In this document: one piece after another, positions 1 through 9,710 of the stretch
How the letters are laid out: every line of letters starts with the position of its first letter
Position numbering within the stretch: the first letter of the stretch is position 1
Assembly (NCBI GenBank): GCA_021802545.1
Contig: JAJZRS010000002.1
Span: 124,546-188,545, forward strand
DNA from: Pseudomonadota bacterium
GTDB lineage: Bacteria > Pseudomonadota > Gammaproteobacteria > Burkholderiales > JABEVD01
DNA: 64,000 nt
Reading direction: 5' to 3'
The notes under the pieces: model-generated
Databases searched by the model: none
Seen by the model: the letters and a program-made list of their open reading frames with translations, nothing else
Told to the model about the DNA's origin: nothing
Translations under genes and position numbers: made by a program

Positions 1-221
1 CTTGACAGCACTTGTTCGGCAGCAGGGGTCAGCGGGCGGAGTCTGCCCGTGTAGATCACGCTCGATGCAAAAGCATAATCCTGCTTGAACACCACGAATC
101 CGCCGTGCCCGGCGTGCGATGCGATCGCCACGCCGTCGGCAAGCTTCGCCGGAAAGTAATTTTCCCATTTCGCATGTGCGCTGCAGGAAAAGAGCGCGAT
201 CAGAACCAGCCATTTTTTCAT
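1..221 (-). CDS. Small secreted protein of unknown function (N-terminal part only; 3' end is outside the window)
   Basis: Minus-strand ATG at 221 forms an ATGA overlap with the stop of the upstream helicase gene. The frame stays open to the window edge. N-terminus MKKWLVLIALFSCSAHA looks like a Sec signal peptide. Confidence 0.45.
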   Translation of the reverse strand, partial: MKKWLVLIALFSCSAHAKWENYFPAKLADGVAIASHAGHGGFVVFKQDYAFASSVIYTGRLRPLTPAAEQVLS

Positions 222-2158
222 GCCCACCCCTTCTTCAAGAACTCAACAGCTTCATCAAGCGCCCTGGTGCGCTTCATCGGCGGCAGGCTTTGCCAGATCT
301 TCCTGCCGTAGGATTTCGAAATCAATCTCGGATCGCAGATCATCAAGACCCCCGTGTCCGTCTCGCTTCTGATCAATCTGCCTGCCCCCTGCTTCAATGT
401 CAGCACTGCATGGGGAAGCTGGAATTCCATGAAGGCGTTCCCCCCTTCCCGGTTGATTTTCTCTATCCTGGCCGACAGCACAGGGTCGTCAGGGGGCGCG
501 AAAGGCAGCTTGTCGATCACGACGAGCGACAATGCCTCACCCCTCACATCCACGCCTTCCCAGAAGGACTGGCTGCCGAGCAGGACAGCATTTCCAAGCT
601 GCCTGAACGCATCCAACATGGCATGCTTGGCGCCTTCCCCCTGAACCAGCACGGGAAAATCCATGCCTTCTGCGGCAAAGCGTGCCTTGAGCAATTCGTG
701 CGCGAGACGCATCGCCTTCAGGCTCGTGAACAGCAGGAATGCTCTTCCGCCGCTCGCGCGAATCAGGGGAAGCGCCGATTCGACGACGGCTTCCGTGTGC
801 TCCCGCCTGTTGGGTTCAGGCAATGCTTCAGGAACATATAGGAGCGACTGGCTGGGATAATCGAACGGGCTGTCGAGGCAGAGCGTCTGTGCATCATCAA
901 GTCCCATCTGTTCAAGATAATGCGAAAAATTTCCCTTCATGGAAAGGGTCGCAGACGTGAATATCCAGGATTTCGGCCTCGCCTCGATCTGGTCCGCGAA
1001 CAGCTTCGCGATCGACATCGGCGTCGAGTTGAGCTGCAGCGACTGGCTGTAGACTTCGACCCAGCGGACATAGTCTCCCGAATCGTCGCTTATCCAGTTT
1101 TTCAGCTTGCGCAGTATGTCAAAGGCCCGGTCCCTGCAATTCGCCAGCCCTTCGCTGCGCTCCGCCTGGAGCTCCAGAAGCCCCAAAAATGCATCGAGGC
1201 TTTGCTGAAGACTGGATAGCGCTGCAAAAAAAGCCTTGTCGAGAGATGCGAAGGAAAGCCTGGATTCTGCATCCGGCGCGGCCAGCCTCAGATCCCTCGC
1301 GCATTTTTCGAATTTGGTCGCCGATTCAGGCAGTGCAGAAAAATCCTTGGCTGAAATCGCCGCCTCGATTTTCGCATCGCGCGCAAGCTCGACCATCTGC
1401 CCGACTCCCACTGCCTCGCCCAGGAAAAGGCTCGCAATCTCGGGCAACTGATGGGCCTCGTCGAAGATCACGGTATTGCAGGCAGGAAGCAGTTCGGCGA
1501 CGCCTTCGTCCTTGAGCATCACGTCCGCAAAGAAGAGATGGTGGTTGACCACGACAAGATCCGCCTGCATGGCTTTTTTTCTCGCCTCCAATACGAAGCA
1601 TTCCTGGTGATTCGGGCATTCAGAGCCCAGGCAGTTCTCTCGGGTGGACGTCACGAAAGGCCAGATTCCTGCATCTTCAGGCACTTCGACAAGCCCCGCC
1701 TTGTCCCCGCTCGTCGAATGTTCGGCATGGCGCGCGATGAGCGCGAGATAGGCCGCATCTTCCCGTGAAGGCAGGCGTCCCTCCTGCAGTGTACGGCCGA
1801 GATGATAATGGCATATGTAATTGGCGCGCCCCTTGAGGAGCGCCACCTCGAGCGATAGGCCGAGCGCCTTCAGCATGACCGGGATGTCGCGCGCATGGAG
1901 CTGGTCCTGGAGCGTCTTGGTTCCCGTCGAAACGATGATCTTTCCGCCCGAAAGAATGGCAGGCGCAAGATAGGCAAAGGTTTTTCCAGTCCCGGTCCCG
2001 GCCTCGATGACGATCACGCTGTTTTTCGATATGGCGTCCAGTACGGCTTGCGCCATTTCCGTTTGCTGGCTTCTCGAACTGAACCCTGCGACGGCCAGCG
2101 AAATGGGGCCATTCTCGGAAAAAACGGATTCGATGTCTGGAAAAGTCGGCAAAGGCAT
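218..2158 (-). CDS. dinG: ATP-dependent DNA helicase, DinG/YoaA (XPD-like Fe-S) family
   Basis: 646-aa ORF with Walker A AGTGTGKT and a DEAH box (FDEAHQL). A Cys cluster (C..H...ENCLGSECPNHQEC) is typical of the Fe-S domain of XPD/DinG/YoaA helicases. Confidence 0.85.
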   Translation of the reverse strand: MPLPTFPDIESVFSENGPISLAVAGFSSRSQQTEMAQAVLDAISKNSVIVIEAGTGTGKTFAYLAPAILSGGKIIVSTGTKTLQDQLHARDIPVMLKALGLSLEVALLKGRANYICHYHLGRTLQEGRLPSREDAAYLALIARHAEHSTSGDKAGLVEVPEDAGIWPFVTSTRENCLGSECPNHQECFVLEARKKAMQADLVVVNHHLFFADVMLKDEGVAELLPACNTVIFDEAHQLPEIASLFLGEAVGVGQMVELARDAKIEAAISAKDFSALPESATKFEKCARDLRLAAPDAESRLSFASLDKAFFAALSSLQQSLDAFLGLLELQAERSEGLANCRDRAFDILRKLKNWISDDSGDYVRWVEVYSQSLQLNSTPMSIAKLFADQIEARPKSWIFTSATLSMKGNFSHYLEQMGLDDAQTLCLDSPFDYPSQSLLYVPEALPEPNRREHTEAVVESALPLIRASGGRAFLLFTSLKAMRLAHELLKARFAAEGMDFPVLVQGEGAKHAMLDAFRQLGNAVLLGSQSFWEGVDVRGEALSLVVIDKLPFAPPDDPVLSARIEKINREGGNAFMEFQLPHAVLTLKQGAGRLIRSETDTGVLMICDPRLISKSYGRKIWQSLPPMKRTRALDEAVEFLKKGWA

Positions 2159-2191
2159 AGCATGCCGATTATACCCCGATGCGCCCTCGAA

Positions 2192-3832
2192 TCAGCGATG
2201 CGAATATTCCGGTTTCTTGTTGAAGAACTCGAAGCAGCGTTTGATCTCCCTGGTCTGGGATTCGCTCTGCCCGACGAACTCCACGCCGCACATCCTGTCT
2301 TCCCCGTCCATCCGTATCCATGCGATCCGTCCGGAAATCTTCAGCGGATTCTGCTTCATGTACGATTCGGCGTCGGCAGAAGGCAGGAGAATCTCCATGT
2401 CCAGATTTTTCCTCTCGTCGACTTCACCGGTAAGCATCAGCTTCAATCCGGTCAGGCTGAAATCCTTGGCGAGCGACTCGATCAGCCTGCCTTCCTGGAA
2501 GGCATGAACAAGGAGCGTATGGTTAGCGCGCGGATGCTTTCTCTTTTCGGAAACGAAACTTTCTTCCTGCTCCCGATGGTTGAAGACAAAACCCTGCATC
2601 AAGACGTTGAGGCTTTCCGTCACCTCGTACAAATTGTCGCCAATATGGGCAGTCGTTTCCACTTTCGCAGAATTCTCGCTCAGCACCTGAAACAGTTTTC
2701 TCAGGGTGGCATCCATGAACTGCAGGCGCTCCACCTGCTCCCGGCTGACGGTCGATATGCTGTTGTTGGCCCTGGCCGTTTCGGTGACGTTCGTGGACAT
2801 CAGTTCGATCACCTTGGCCGTTTCGTCCGCTTTTTCCTGGCTGAAGTGCACTTCCTCGACGACGGTATGCATGGTGGCCGTGACCTGCTCGACCTTTTCG
2901 CTGAGTTCACCGATGATGCTCGACACTTCGCCTGCGGAACTCGATGTCTTCTCAGCGAGCTTGCGTACCTCGTCCGCGACGACGGCGAACCCCCTTCCGG
3001 ATTCCCCAGCCCTGGCCGCCTCGATGGCCGCGTTCAAGGCGAGGAGATTGGTCTGCTCGGCTATCGCCTGGATCGCATCGATGATGCTGTGGATGTGTTC
3101 GGCCGCCCGCTTCAGTTCGAGGATTTCGTTTTCTGCCCGGTGAACCTGCTGTACGGTATGCCCCATTCTGGCAATATTGGTCTGAACGGTCTTGATGCCC
3201 TCGCGCGCCTGAATCTCCGTATTTTCAGCGCTTTTGCTGGCCTCCTCGGCCTGCTGCTGGACCATTTCGGAAATCCGCTTCAGTTCTTCGGTTGCCCTGG
3301 ATGCCTCTTCGGAGCGGCTGTTTTCTTCCTGTCCTATCTCGGCAATTTCGTGAGAAACGGTCGCAATCTGGTAGGCGGACTGCCCCATCTGCTTTCCGCT
3401 CGTCTCGATGCTGCGCATGATCGTGTTGAGCTTGCCGAGCATATCGTTGAAGCTGTGCTGCAATATTCCGAATTCGTCTTTGCTCCCCTCGACAACGCCC
3501 TTGGTAAGATCCCCTTTCTCGACCGATTTGAGCGCATCGCACAATGCCTGGATGGGTCTGACGAAAAGATTCGCCACGAAACCGATCACCATGAACTGGA
3601 TCACGAACTCGATGCCGGACTCCCAGAAGGAATTGAACACATAGGCGTCATGGTTCGCCTGAAGCTGGTCGACGATGAACGATGAGACATGATTGTTCCT
3701 TGCGATCACGACCAGATTTTCCAGCTCGTGTGCGGCGAGCATGCGGTTGTAAATCGTGGTGACCATCGTGACGACGAAGAAGCCGAGCTGAAATTTCCAG
3801 CGTATGCTCAATGACGAAATCCATTTCCCCAT
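2192..3832 (-). CDS. Methyl-accepting chemotaxis protein with C-terminal PilZ domain
   Basis: Two N-terminal TM helices bracket a loop of only about 45 aa, followed by a HAMP domain. The MCP signalling core is present ([36 protein letters not shown]). The C-terminal PilZ motifs are RKHPR (RxxxR) and DFSLTG (DxSxxG). Confidence 0.9.
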   Translation of the reverse strand: MGKWISSLSIRWKFQLGFFVVTMVTTIYNRMLAAHELENLVVIARNNHVSSFIVDQLQANHDAYVFNSFWESGIEFVIQFMVIGFVANLFVRPIQALCDALKSVEKGDLTKGVVEGSKDEFGILQHSFNDMLGKLNTIMRSIETSGKQMGQSAYQIATVSHEIAEIGQEENSRSEEASRATEELKRISEMVQQQAEEASKSAENTEIQAREGIKTVQTNIARMGHTVQQVHRAENEILELKRAAEHIHSIIDAIQAIAEQTNLLALNAAIEAARAGESGRGFAVVADEVRKLAEKTSSSAGEVSSIIGELSEKVEQVTATMHTVVEEVHFSQEKADETAKVIELMSTNVTETARANNSISTVSREQVERLQFMDATLRKLFQVLSENSAKVETTAHIGDNLYEVTESLNVLMQGFVFNHREQEESFVSEKRKHPRANHTLLVHAFQEGRLIESLAKDFSLTGLKLMLTGEVDERKNLDMEILLPSADAESYMKQNPLKISGRIAWIRMDGEDRMCGVEFVGQSESQTREIKRCFEFFNKKPEYSHR

Positions 3833-3938
3833 GCACCCCTCCGTTTTCTCTGTTATCGTCCGTCTTTGTCTTGATCTTTACGGCACCGGGTCGATTATGG
3901 AACTTGCCGTAGCAAATCGCAAGAAAGAGCGATCAAAT

Positions 3939-3957
3939 GAGAATGATTTGCATTTCT
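3939..3957. promoter_or_regulatory. Weak Fur-box-like site in the divergent MCP-PilZ / small-gene intergenic region
   Basis: GAGAATGATTTGCATTTCT matches the GATAATGATAATCATTATC consensus at about 12/19 by eye. It lies about 40 nt upstream of the 3997 start. It shares GAGAATGA with the site upstream of feoA. Confidence 0.2.
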
Positions 3958-3996
3958 ATAAAAAAGGGCTAGGATGAATCATTCCCCTGAAAGGAG

Positions 3997-4323
3997 GTGA
4001 TGATCATGACATCGACTGATCAATGGATCCCTGAACAGGTTATCGTGGAGCAGCTTCATGAGGTGGTGAAGAACTCGATCGACGCGATTGCCAGCGCGAC
4101 ATCCCTGCCGTCCGAAGAAGTCGTGCGGATACTCGAAGAAATAGACATGCCCAAATTCAGCAAAGCGCTGGAAACAGCTGTGCGCAAGATCTCGGTCGCA
4201 ACCGATCTCAATTCGGGCGAAATATGGGACATCTTTACCGAGAACCGCTCGGCAAGCCTCGACAACATCGTCATGAGGCTGCACGAAAAAAGCAAGTCGG
4301 ACCGGAGAAACCTGGCTTCATGA
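3997..4323 (+). CDS. Hypothetical small acidic cytoplasmic protein
   Basis: 108-aa ORF with a strong RBS (gaaaGGAGGtgatgatcATG) and a 13-bp hairpin immediately after the stop. I recognise no family. Confidence 0.6.
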   Translation: MMIMTSTDQWIPEQVIVEQLHEVVKNSIDAIASATSLPSEEVVRILEEIDMPKFSKALETAVRKISVATDLNSGEIWDIFTENRSASLDNIVMRLHEKSKSDRRNLAS

Positions 4324-4353
4324 ATGAAGCGGCCGGTGAGCCGGCCGCTTCAT
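4324..4353 (+). terminator. Stem-loop terminator after the small gene
   Basis: Perfect 13-bp stem atgaagcggccgg / ccggccgcttcat with loop tgag, starting right after the TGA. The downstream T-tract is weak. Confidence 0.55.
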
Positions 4354-4519
4354 TTCCTCGTTGACCCTGCCGAGTTTGACGACCTTCGTTTGCGTCTTTC
4401 CTGCATATTCCGCACGCCTCCCGCATTTTCCGGGTAGCCGATGCTGAACCTTTTTTTCAAGGACTCATGCACTGGCAATCCTGACTGGGTAAGAGTAAAT
4501 TGCTCGATTTGGAGGCAAG

Positions 4520-6517
4520 ATGAATCGGCTCGCGCAAGAAACCAGCCCCTATCTCAGGCAACACGCGGAAAATCCGGTCGACTGGTTTCCCTGGGGCAAT
4601 GAAGCGCTTGATCTCGCCCGAAAACTGGACAGGCCGATCCTGCTGTCGATCGGCTATTCTTCCTGCCACTGGTGCCATGTCATGGCACGCGAATGCTTCG
4701 AGGATTTTGAAATTGCGGCGCTCATGAATGCGCACTTCGTCAATATCAAGGTGGACAGGGAAGAGCGCCCCGATCTCGACCATATTTATCAACTCGCCCA
4801 TGCCATGCTGACGGGAAGAAGCGGCGGCTGGCCGCTCACCCTCTTCCTTTCCTCCGAAAAAACGCCTTTCTTCGGCGGAACCTATTTTCCCAAGGAAGCG
4901 GCTTACGGTCTGCCCGGCTTCAAAGAAATTCTGCCCAGGATCGCTGACGCCTACAGACAGAATCGAGGAGAAATCGAGGCCTATTCGGCAAGGTTGGAGG
5001 AAGCGCTCGAAGAATCCGTCCAAAAGCTTGCGCCTTCCGACAAGGCATTGGACGGCGGCCCTGTCGATGCAGCCCTTGCCTCGCTGGAGAAAAGACTGGA
5101 CCCAGTTTCAGGAGGGTTTGGCCTCGCTCCCAAATTTCCCAATCCAACCCTGCTCGATCTTTGCCTTTCCCATCCCCGGTACGCGCAACTTGCACTCTTC
5201 ACGCTGGAGAAAATGGCCGAAGGCGGCATCCGGGATCAGCTGGGAGGCGGGTTCTTCCGCTACAGCGTCGATGATACATGGACAATCCCGCATTTCGAGA
5301 AAATGCTCTACGACAATGCCTGCCTCCTGAGGCTTTATGCAGATGCCTGGGTCATCACGAAAAAACCAGTTTTCAGGGATGCCGCCTATGGCATCGCGAA
5401 CTGGACGATGCGGGAAATGCAATCGGCCGACGGCGGCTATTATTCCTCGATGGATGCCGATTCCGAGCATGTCGAGGGGAAATTCTATTGCTGGACGCGC
5501 GAGGAAATCGCATCGATCCTGGACAAGGATGAATTTGCTGCCGCATCGCTCCTTTACGGTCTTGATGCGCAGCCCAACTTCGAGCACAGTTACCATTTTC
5601 ACCTTGCCAGCGATTTGGACGCCATATCGCACAAGCTGGGAAAAGACGCCCAACCGGTTCTCGACTCGGCCAAGGCCAAGCTCTTCGATGCCAGAGCGCG
5701 CAGGGTAAGCCCCGAGCGTGACGAAAAAATCCTGGCGAGCTGGAATGCACTCATGATCGGTGCAATGGCCCATGCGCACAGGGTTTTCGGTGAAGCGGCC
5801 TGGCTGTACTCGGCAAGGCAAGCACTCGTTTTCCTGAGAACCGCGCTCTGGAAGACGGACAGGCTGCTCGCGACCTGCAAGGATGGACAAGCGAAGCTCA
5901 ATGCCTATCTCGACGATTACGCCTACCTTCTGGACGCCATGCTCGAATTCCTGCAGGCCGAATTTTCCGTCGAAGCATTGGACTTTTCCATTTCCGTTGC
6001 CGAAGCGCTGCTTTCCCGCTTCGAGGACAATGCAGAAGGCGGATTCTATTTCACCAGCCACGACCATGAAGCGCTCCTGATCCGGCAAAAGCCTGCCGAA
6101 GATGCCGCCATACCCTCGGGCAACGGCGTTGCCGCCTTCGCGCTGCAGCGGCTCGGGCATCTCCTTGGGGAGCCGCGTTATCTCGAGTCGGCCAGAAAGA
6201 CCTTGCTGCTCTTCCGGGAAGCAGCAGCTTCCCACCCGACCGCACATGCAGCGATGCTGAAGGCGCTCGTGGAGGCCATTTCCCCGCCCTCCATCCTGAT
6301 TTTGCAGGGAAAAGAGAACAAAACATGGCAGGAAGCGGTCTCCGAGCGCTACCTTCCCCATGTGACGGCGCTTGCCATTGAAGAAGGCACTGCAGACCTG
6401 CCCCAGGCGCTCGACAAGGGCAGGGCCGAAAAGACTTCGGCTTGGCTGTGCACGGGGACGACATGCCTCCCCCCTATTTTCGTCCTTTCTGAACTCCTGA
6501 GTGCCCTTTCATCATGA
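4520..6517 (+). CDS. Thioredoxin-domain protein, YyaL/DUF255 (SPATA20-like) family
   Basis: N-terminus NRLAQETSPYLRQHAENPVDWFPWG...SIGYSSCHWCHVM is the hallmark of DUF255/YyaL. The long C-terminal region looks like an alpha-toroid. Confidence 0.85.
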   Translation: MNRLAQETSPYLRQHAENPVDWFPWGNEALDLARKLDRPILLSIGYSSCHWCHVMARECFEDFEIAALMNAHFVNIKVDREERPDLDHIYQLAHAMLTGRSGGWPLTLFLSSEKTPFFGGTYFPKEAAYGLPGFKEILPRIADAYRQNRGEIEAYSARLEEALEESVQKLAPSDKALDGGPVDAALASLEKRLDPVSGGFGLAPKFPNPTLLDLCLSHPRYAQLALFTLEKMAEGGIRDQLGGGFFRYSVDDTWTIPHFEKMLYDNACLLRLYADAWVITKKPVFRDAAYGIANWTMREMQSADGGYYSSMDADSEHVEGKFYCWTREEIASILDKDEFAAASLLYGLDAQPNFEHSYHFHLASDLDAISHKLGKDAQPVLDSAKAKLFDARARRVSPERDEKILASWNALMIGAMAHAHRVFGEAAWLYSARQALVFLRTALWKTDRLLATCKDGQAKLNAYLDDYAYLLDAMLEFLQAEFSVEALDFSISVAEALLSRFEDNAEGGFYFTSHDHEALLIRQKPAEDAAIPSGNGVAAFALQRLGHLLGEPRYLESARKTLLLFREAAASHPTAHAAMLKALVEAISPPSILILQGKENKTWQEAVSERYLPHVTALAIEEGTADLPQALDKGRAEKTSAWLCTGTTCLPPIFVLSELLSALSS

Positions 6518-6954
6518 TCGAAAAAGCGTCAATCGAGGACATTCCCCAGCTTTGCGACCTGCTGGAAATGCTGTTCGACATGGAATCCGATTTTCTTCCC
6601 GACAGGACCAAGCAGACCGAGGGGCTCAGGCAGATCATCGGCAATCCGGAGGTCGGATGCATCCTCGTTTTCAGGGAAGGCAATGACATTTCCGGCATGG
6701 TGAACCTGCTTTATACTGTCAGTACAGCCTGCGGCGGGCGAGTCGGCATGCTCGAAGACCTGATCGTCAAGCCCGATAGGCGCAACATGAAAATCGGCTG
6801 CGACCTGCTGGATGCCGCCATCGACCATGCCAAAATTTCGGGTTGCCTGCGCATCACATTGCTGACCGATTCAGACAATCTGGGCGCGATTCGTCTCTAT
6901 CAGCGATTCGGATTTTCCCGCTCCGAAATGATTCCATTGAGGCTATTCCCATGA
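6514..6954 (+). CDS. GNAT family N-acetyltransferase
   Basis: 146 aa, with an ATGA overlap with the upstream gene. Acetyl-CoA motif A-like stretch LIVKPDRRNMKIGCDLL...ITLLTDSDNLGAIRLYQRFGF. Confidence 0.8.
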   Translation: MIEKASIEDIPQLCDLLEMLFDMESDFLPDRTKQTEGLRQIIGNPEVGCILVFREGNDISGMVNLLYTVSTACGGRVGMLEDLIVKPDRRNMKIGCDLLDAAIDHAKISGCLRITLLTDSDNLGAIRLYQRFGFSRSEMIPLRLFP

Positions 6955-7364
6955 GTGAAGAAATCTTCTACAGACCCCCTGTCCATTCCACGGAACAGCG
7001 CACCTTGCCGGCCGAGCTCTACAATCTCGCCAAGCTTTTGATTGCAAAAGGACCCGGGCATATCTTCGTCCCGATCAGGAGCATGCAGTATCTTGCCATC
7101 CTCGATCAGGAAGAATTCGTATTCGTCGACGGCGCGGGAGATCGGACCATAGCGATTGCCTGGCAGAAATTCAGGCCCGGCACCAGGAATGCATTGGGCG
7201 ACGTAGTGCCTTACGAAGCAGTCTATTATTCTGCGGATGCCGCCAAGATCATGCATCGTCTCCAGGGCGATTTCGCAAAAGCGCTCGAAGCCTTCGCCGC
7301 CAAGCAGCCCAGGCCGGAGGAAAAAGCCAGCGTCACCCTTCTCAAACCTAAAACTTCTGCCTGA
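6951..7364 (+). CDS. Hypothetical protein
   Basis: The start was moved to the ATG at 6951, which forms an ATGA overlap with the GNAT stop. 137 aa, no recognised motif. The 3' end overlaps the convergent kinase gene by 17 nt. Confidence 0.55.
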   Translation: MSEEIFYRPPVHSTEQRTLPAELYNLAKLLIAKGPGHIFVPIRSMQYLAILDQEEFVFVDGAGDRTIAIAWQKFRPGTRNALGDVVPYEAVYYSADAAKIMHRLQGDFAKALEAFAAKQPRPEEKASVTLLKPKTSA

Positions 7365-9675
7365 TGGCGAGCACAGCCTGATTCCGTACGGCCTTCAAAA
7401 GCGCCAGCTCCTTCGGTTCGATCTTCAGCTTGTTGGCTTCGGTGCAATCGGCATAGAGCGCGCCGACGAGTTTCTTGTCGACAATGATGGGGAAAAGAAT
7501 GAACGATTTCGCATCTATATTGGTCCTGTACCAAGTCGGGACCTTGTCCTTGATATTGTCGGCATCGACGTCTGAGATGAAGATGTCGACCCCTTCCTTC
7601 AGCGATACAAGAAAGACGTCAGTCGGTTCTGAGAACGAAAATTTGAAGCGCTTGGCAATTTCCTCGACATCCTGTCCGAAACCGAATCGGCCCGTCATGA
7701 CGTTCATCTTCGCGTCCTTGATCGCAAGCAGCACCCTCGAAAAATCCATGCTTCTGTAAATCGTCTCGAGCACCATGCGCAAAAGCGCGTTGAGATCGTA
7801 TTCTTCCAGGAGGACATTGGTGATGTCCTGAATGCCTGCCGCCAGAATACTCGCCGTATCCGGCTTGGAAGACTCGCGCTCGAGGGCTCTGTCAATCTTG
7901 ATCGTCGTCTCGAAGTCTTCTTCGGCAGGCTTTGTTTCGGGGCGCATGCCCGACCATGCGCCGACGTTCTGCAGAAAGTGGCTGTCCTTGCTGCTTAGAC
8001 CGAGTATTTTTGTCTCGACCATGAATTTCTTCATCGATTCCTCGATGACCCGGTCCAGCGTTCTTTCCGTGACCGGCAGCGCTGCGCGATAACGCGCAGC
8101 CAGTTTCTGCAGATCCTCGGGTTTTTCTTCCGATTTTCCGCGTTGGGCAATGCGCCTCAGTTCGTTGGAAAGATTGGACAGCACCCTGAGCTTGCCGGAT
8201 TCGGTCTGCTGCTCCCGCACTTTCTCGTCCACGATCTTGCGCATGCTGGAGACAATTGCATCAGGGAAATTCCAGCTCTGCGCGACCCCCACGCCAAGCT
8301 CCTCGTAGGAAAGACCGAGGATGGAGGAAGATGCATTGTCTTCCGCCATTTCTTCGGCGAGCCTTGCAATCTCCTGCGCCTCTTCCGGAAAGTAGAAACT
8401 CGCCAGCAGTTTGCCGAGATCATAGAACATGGTGCAGATGACGGCCTCTTCCACATTCCTCACCCCCATCCTGGGCGCGAATTCCCGTGCGAGCACACCG
8501 CTGAAGAAAGTGGAAATGATCGCATCCTTGAGCCTCGATGCCTGGGATTTGTTCTGCAGATGCTCGAAGAGCATCAGTGAAATTGCAACGCTCCTGACGG
8601 TATCGAAGCCGAGAATGACGATAGCGCGCGACACCGTGCTGATCGCTCCTCCGAACTGTCCATAGGTGGCCGCATTGACCAGCTTGATCAGCTTGTTTGT
8701 CAGCGAGAAATCCCTCAAGATGACATTCGAAAGGTTGGCCACGCTTTCCTTGTCGGATGCGGCGATCTGGTTGACTGCGCTGATCGCCTGAGAAAGCGCG
8801 GGAAAATCGGACTTGTGCCGCATCCTTCTCAGCAGAAAATCGAGTGTGCTCTGCTTTCCCTCGCCTTTCACATCGGCCGGGTTGAGGTAATTCTTCAGAT
8901 CGGCAATCATGCCCGCCGCATCCTTGTAGCGCGACATCGGGTCGATCGAAAGTGCCCGCAGGACGATGCTGTCCAGCTTCTCGTCCACGCTGGACGACAT
9001 GCCTGACGGAGGCGGAACAGGAACGGTTGCAATGCTTTGAAGAATCTCCTCCACGCTGTCCCCTGCTACAGGGTGCCTTCCTGTCAGCATCACGTAGAGG
9101 ATCATGCCAAGCGAGAAAATGTCCGATTGGGGGCTGGATTCCCTTCTCGCCACGTATTCGGGAGCCATGTAAAGCGGGGAACCGAGCAATTCGTCCGAAC
9201 TGCTGGGGCCGGCCAGGCGCTGCGCGATGCCGAAATCCATGATTCTCGGAACGCCCTGCTTGTCGATCACGATGTTTGCAGGCTTGATGTCCCGGTGAAT
9301 GATATGCTGGCCGTGCGCACAGGACAGCCCTTCCAAAATCTTGAGCGCAATATCGACCGCCTTGAAGATGGGAAGCGCCCCCTTTTTCTTGATTTCCTGG
9401 GCCAGCGTCATGCCTTCGACATACTCGAACACCAGATAGGGCAGGCCATCCTGCTCTCCAGCGTCAAAAAGCGTGACGATATTGGGATGCCTGAGCTTGG
9501 CCACGATCCTGGCCTCGTCGAGCAGGCTGGCTATGTCTGAATCGATGGCCAGCACCTTGATCGCCACCTGTCTGCCGAGATGAGGATCTCTTGCGAGATA
9601 AACCTTGCCCTGCCCTCCTTCACCGAGGAGTTTCTCGACCTGAAAACGCCCGATTGCTCCCGATGCTTTCACCAA
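7348..9675 (-). CDS. Ser/Thr protein kinase fused to HDOD and GAF domains
   Basis: Hanks kinase motifs are GEGGQGKVY, VAIKVL, HRDIKPANIV, DFGIA and MAPE. The central HDOD-like region reads FPALSQAISAVNQIA...LIKLVNAATYG...STVSRAIVILGFDTVRS. The C-terminal region is GAF-like. No TM segment. Confidence 0.85.
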   Translation of the reverse strand: MVKASGAIGRFQVEKLLGEGGQGKVYLARDPHLGRQVAIKVLAIDSDIASLLDEARIVAKLRHPNIVTLFDAGEQDGLPYLVFEYVEGMTLAQEIKKKGALPIFKAVDIALKILEGLSCAHGQHIIHRDIKPANIVIDKQGVPRIMDFGIAQRLAGPSSSDELLGSPLYMAPEYVARRESSPQSDIFSLGMILYVMLTGRHPVAGDSVEEILQSIATVPVPPPSGMSSSVDEKLDSIVLRALSIDPMSRYKDAAGMIADLKNYLNPADVKGEGKQSTLDFLLRRMRHKSDFPALSQAISAVNQIAASDKESVANLSNVILRDFSLTNKLIKLVNAATYGQFGGAISTVSRAIVILGFDTVRSVAISLMLFEHLQNKSQASRLKDAIISTFFSGVLAREFAPRMGVRNVEEAVICTMFYDLGKLLASFYFPEEAQEIARLAEEMAEDNASSSILGLSYEELGVGVAQSWNFPDAIVSSMRKIVDEKVREQQTESGKLRVLSNLSNELRRIAQRGKSEEKPEDLQKLAARYRAALPVTERTLDRVIEESMKKFMVETKILGLSSKDSHFLQNVGAWSGMRPETKPAEEDFETTIKIDRALERESSKPDTASILAAGIQDITNVLLEEYDLNALLRMVLETIYRSMDFSRVLLAIKDAKMNVMTGRFGFGQDVEEIAKRFKFSFSEPTDVFLVSLKEGVDIFISDVDADNIKDKVPTWYRTNIDAKSFILFPIIVDKKLVGALYADCTEANKLKIEPKELALLKAVRNQAVLAIRQKF

Positions 9676-9710
9676 TTGCCTATCCCTATTATCTTGTCTA
9701 GCATCATACC

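Noticed and set aside
218-2158. The DinG-family helicase as a possible component of an anti-phage defence system
   Set aside because: It has YoaA/DinG housekeeping-like length and motifs. There are no adjacent nuclease, methylase, CBASS, CRISPR or other defence genes. The only coupled gene is a small secreted protein.
1895-3685. A 596-aa plus-strand ORF overlapping the 5' end of dinG and most of the MCP-PilZ gene
   Set aside because: It is antisense to two genes that have clear family motifs. The product has biased composition and no motifs. This is a typical stop-depleted mirror frame in GC-rich coding DNA.
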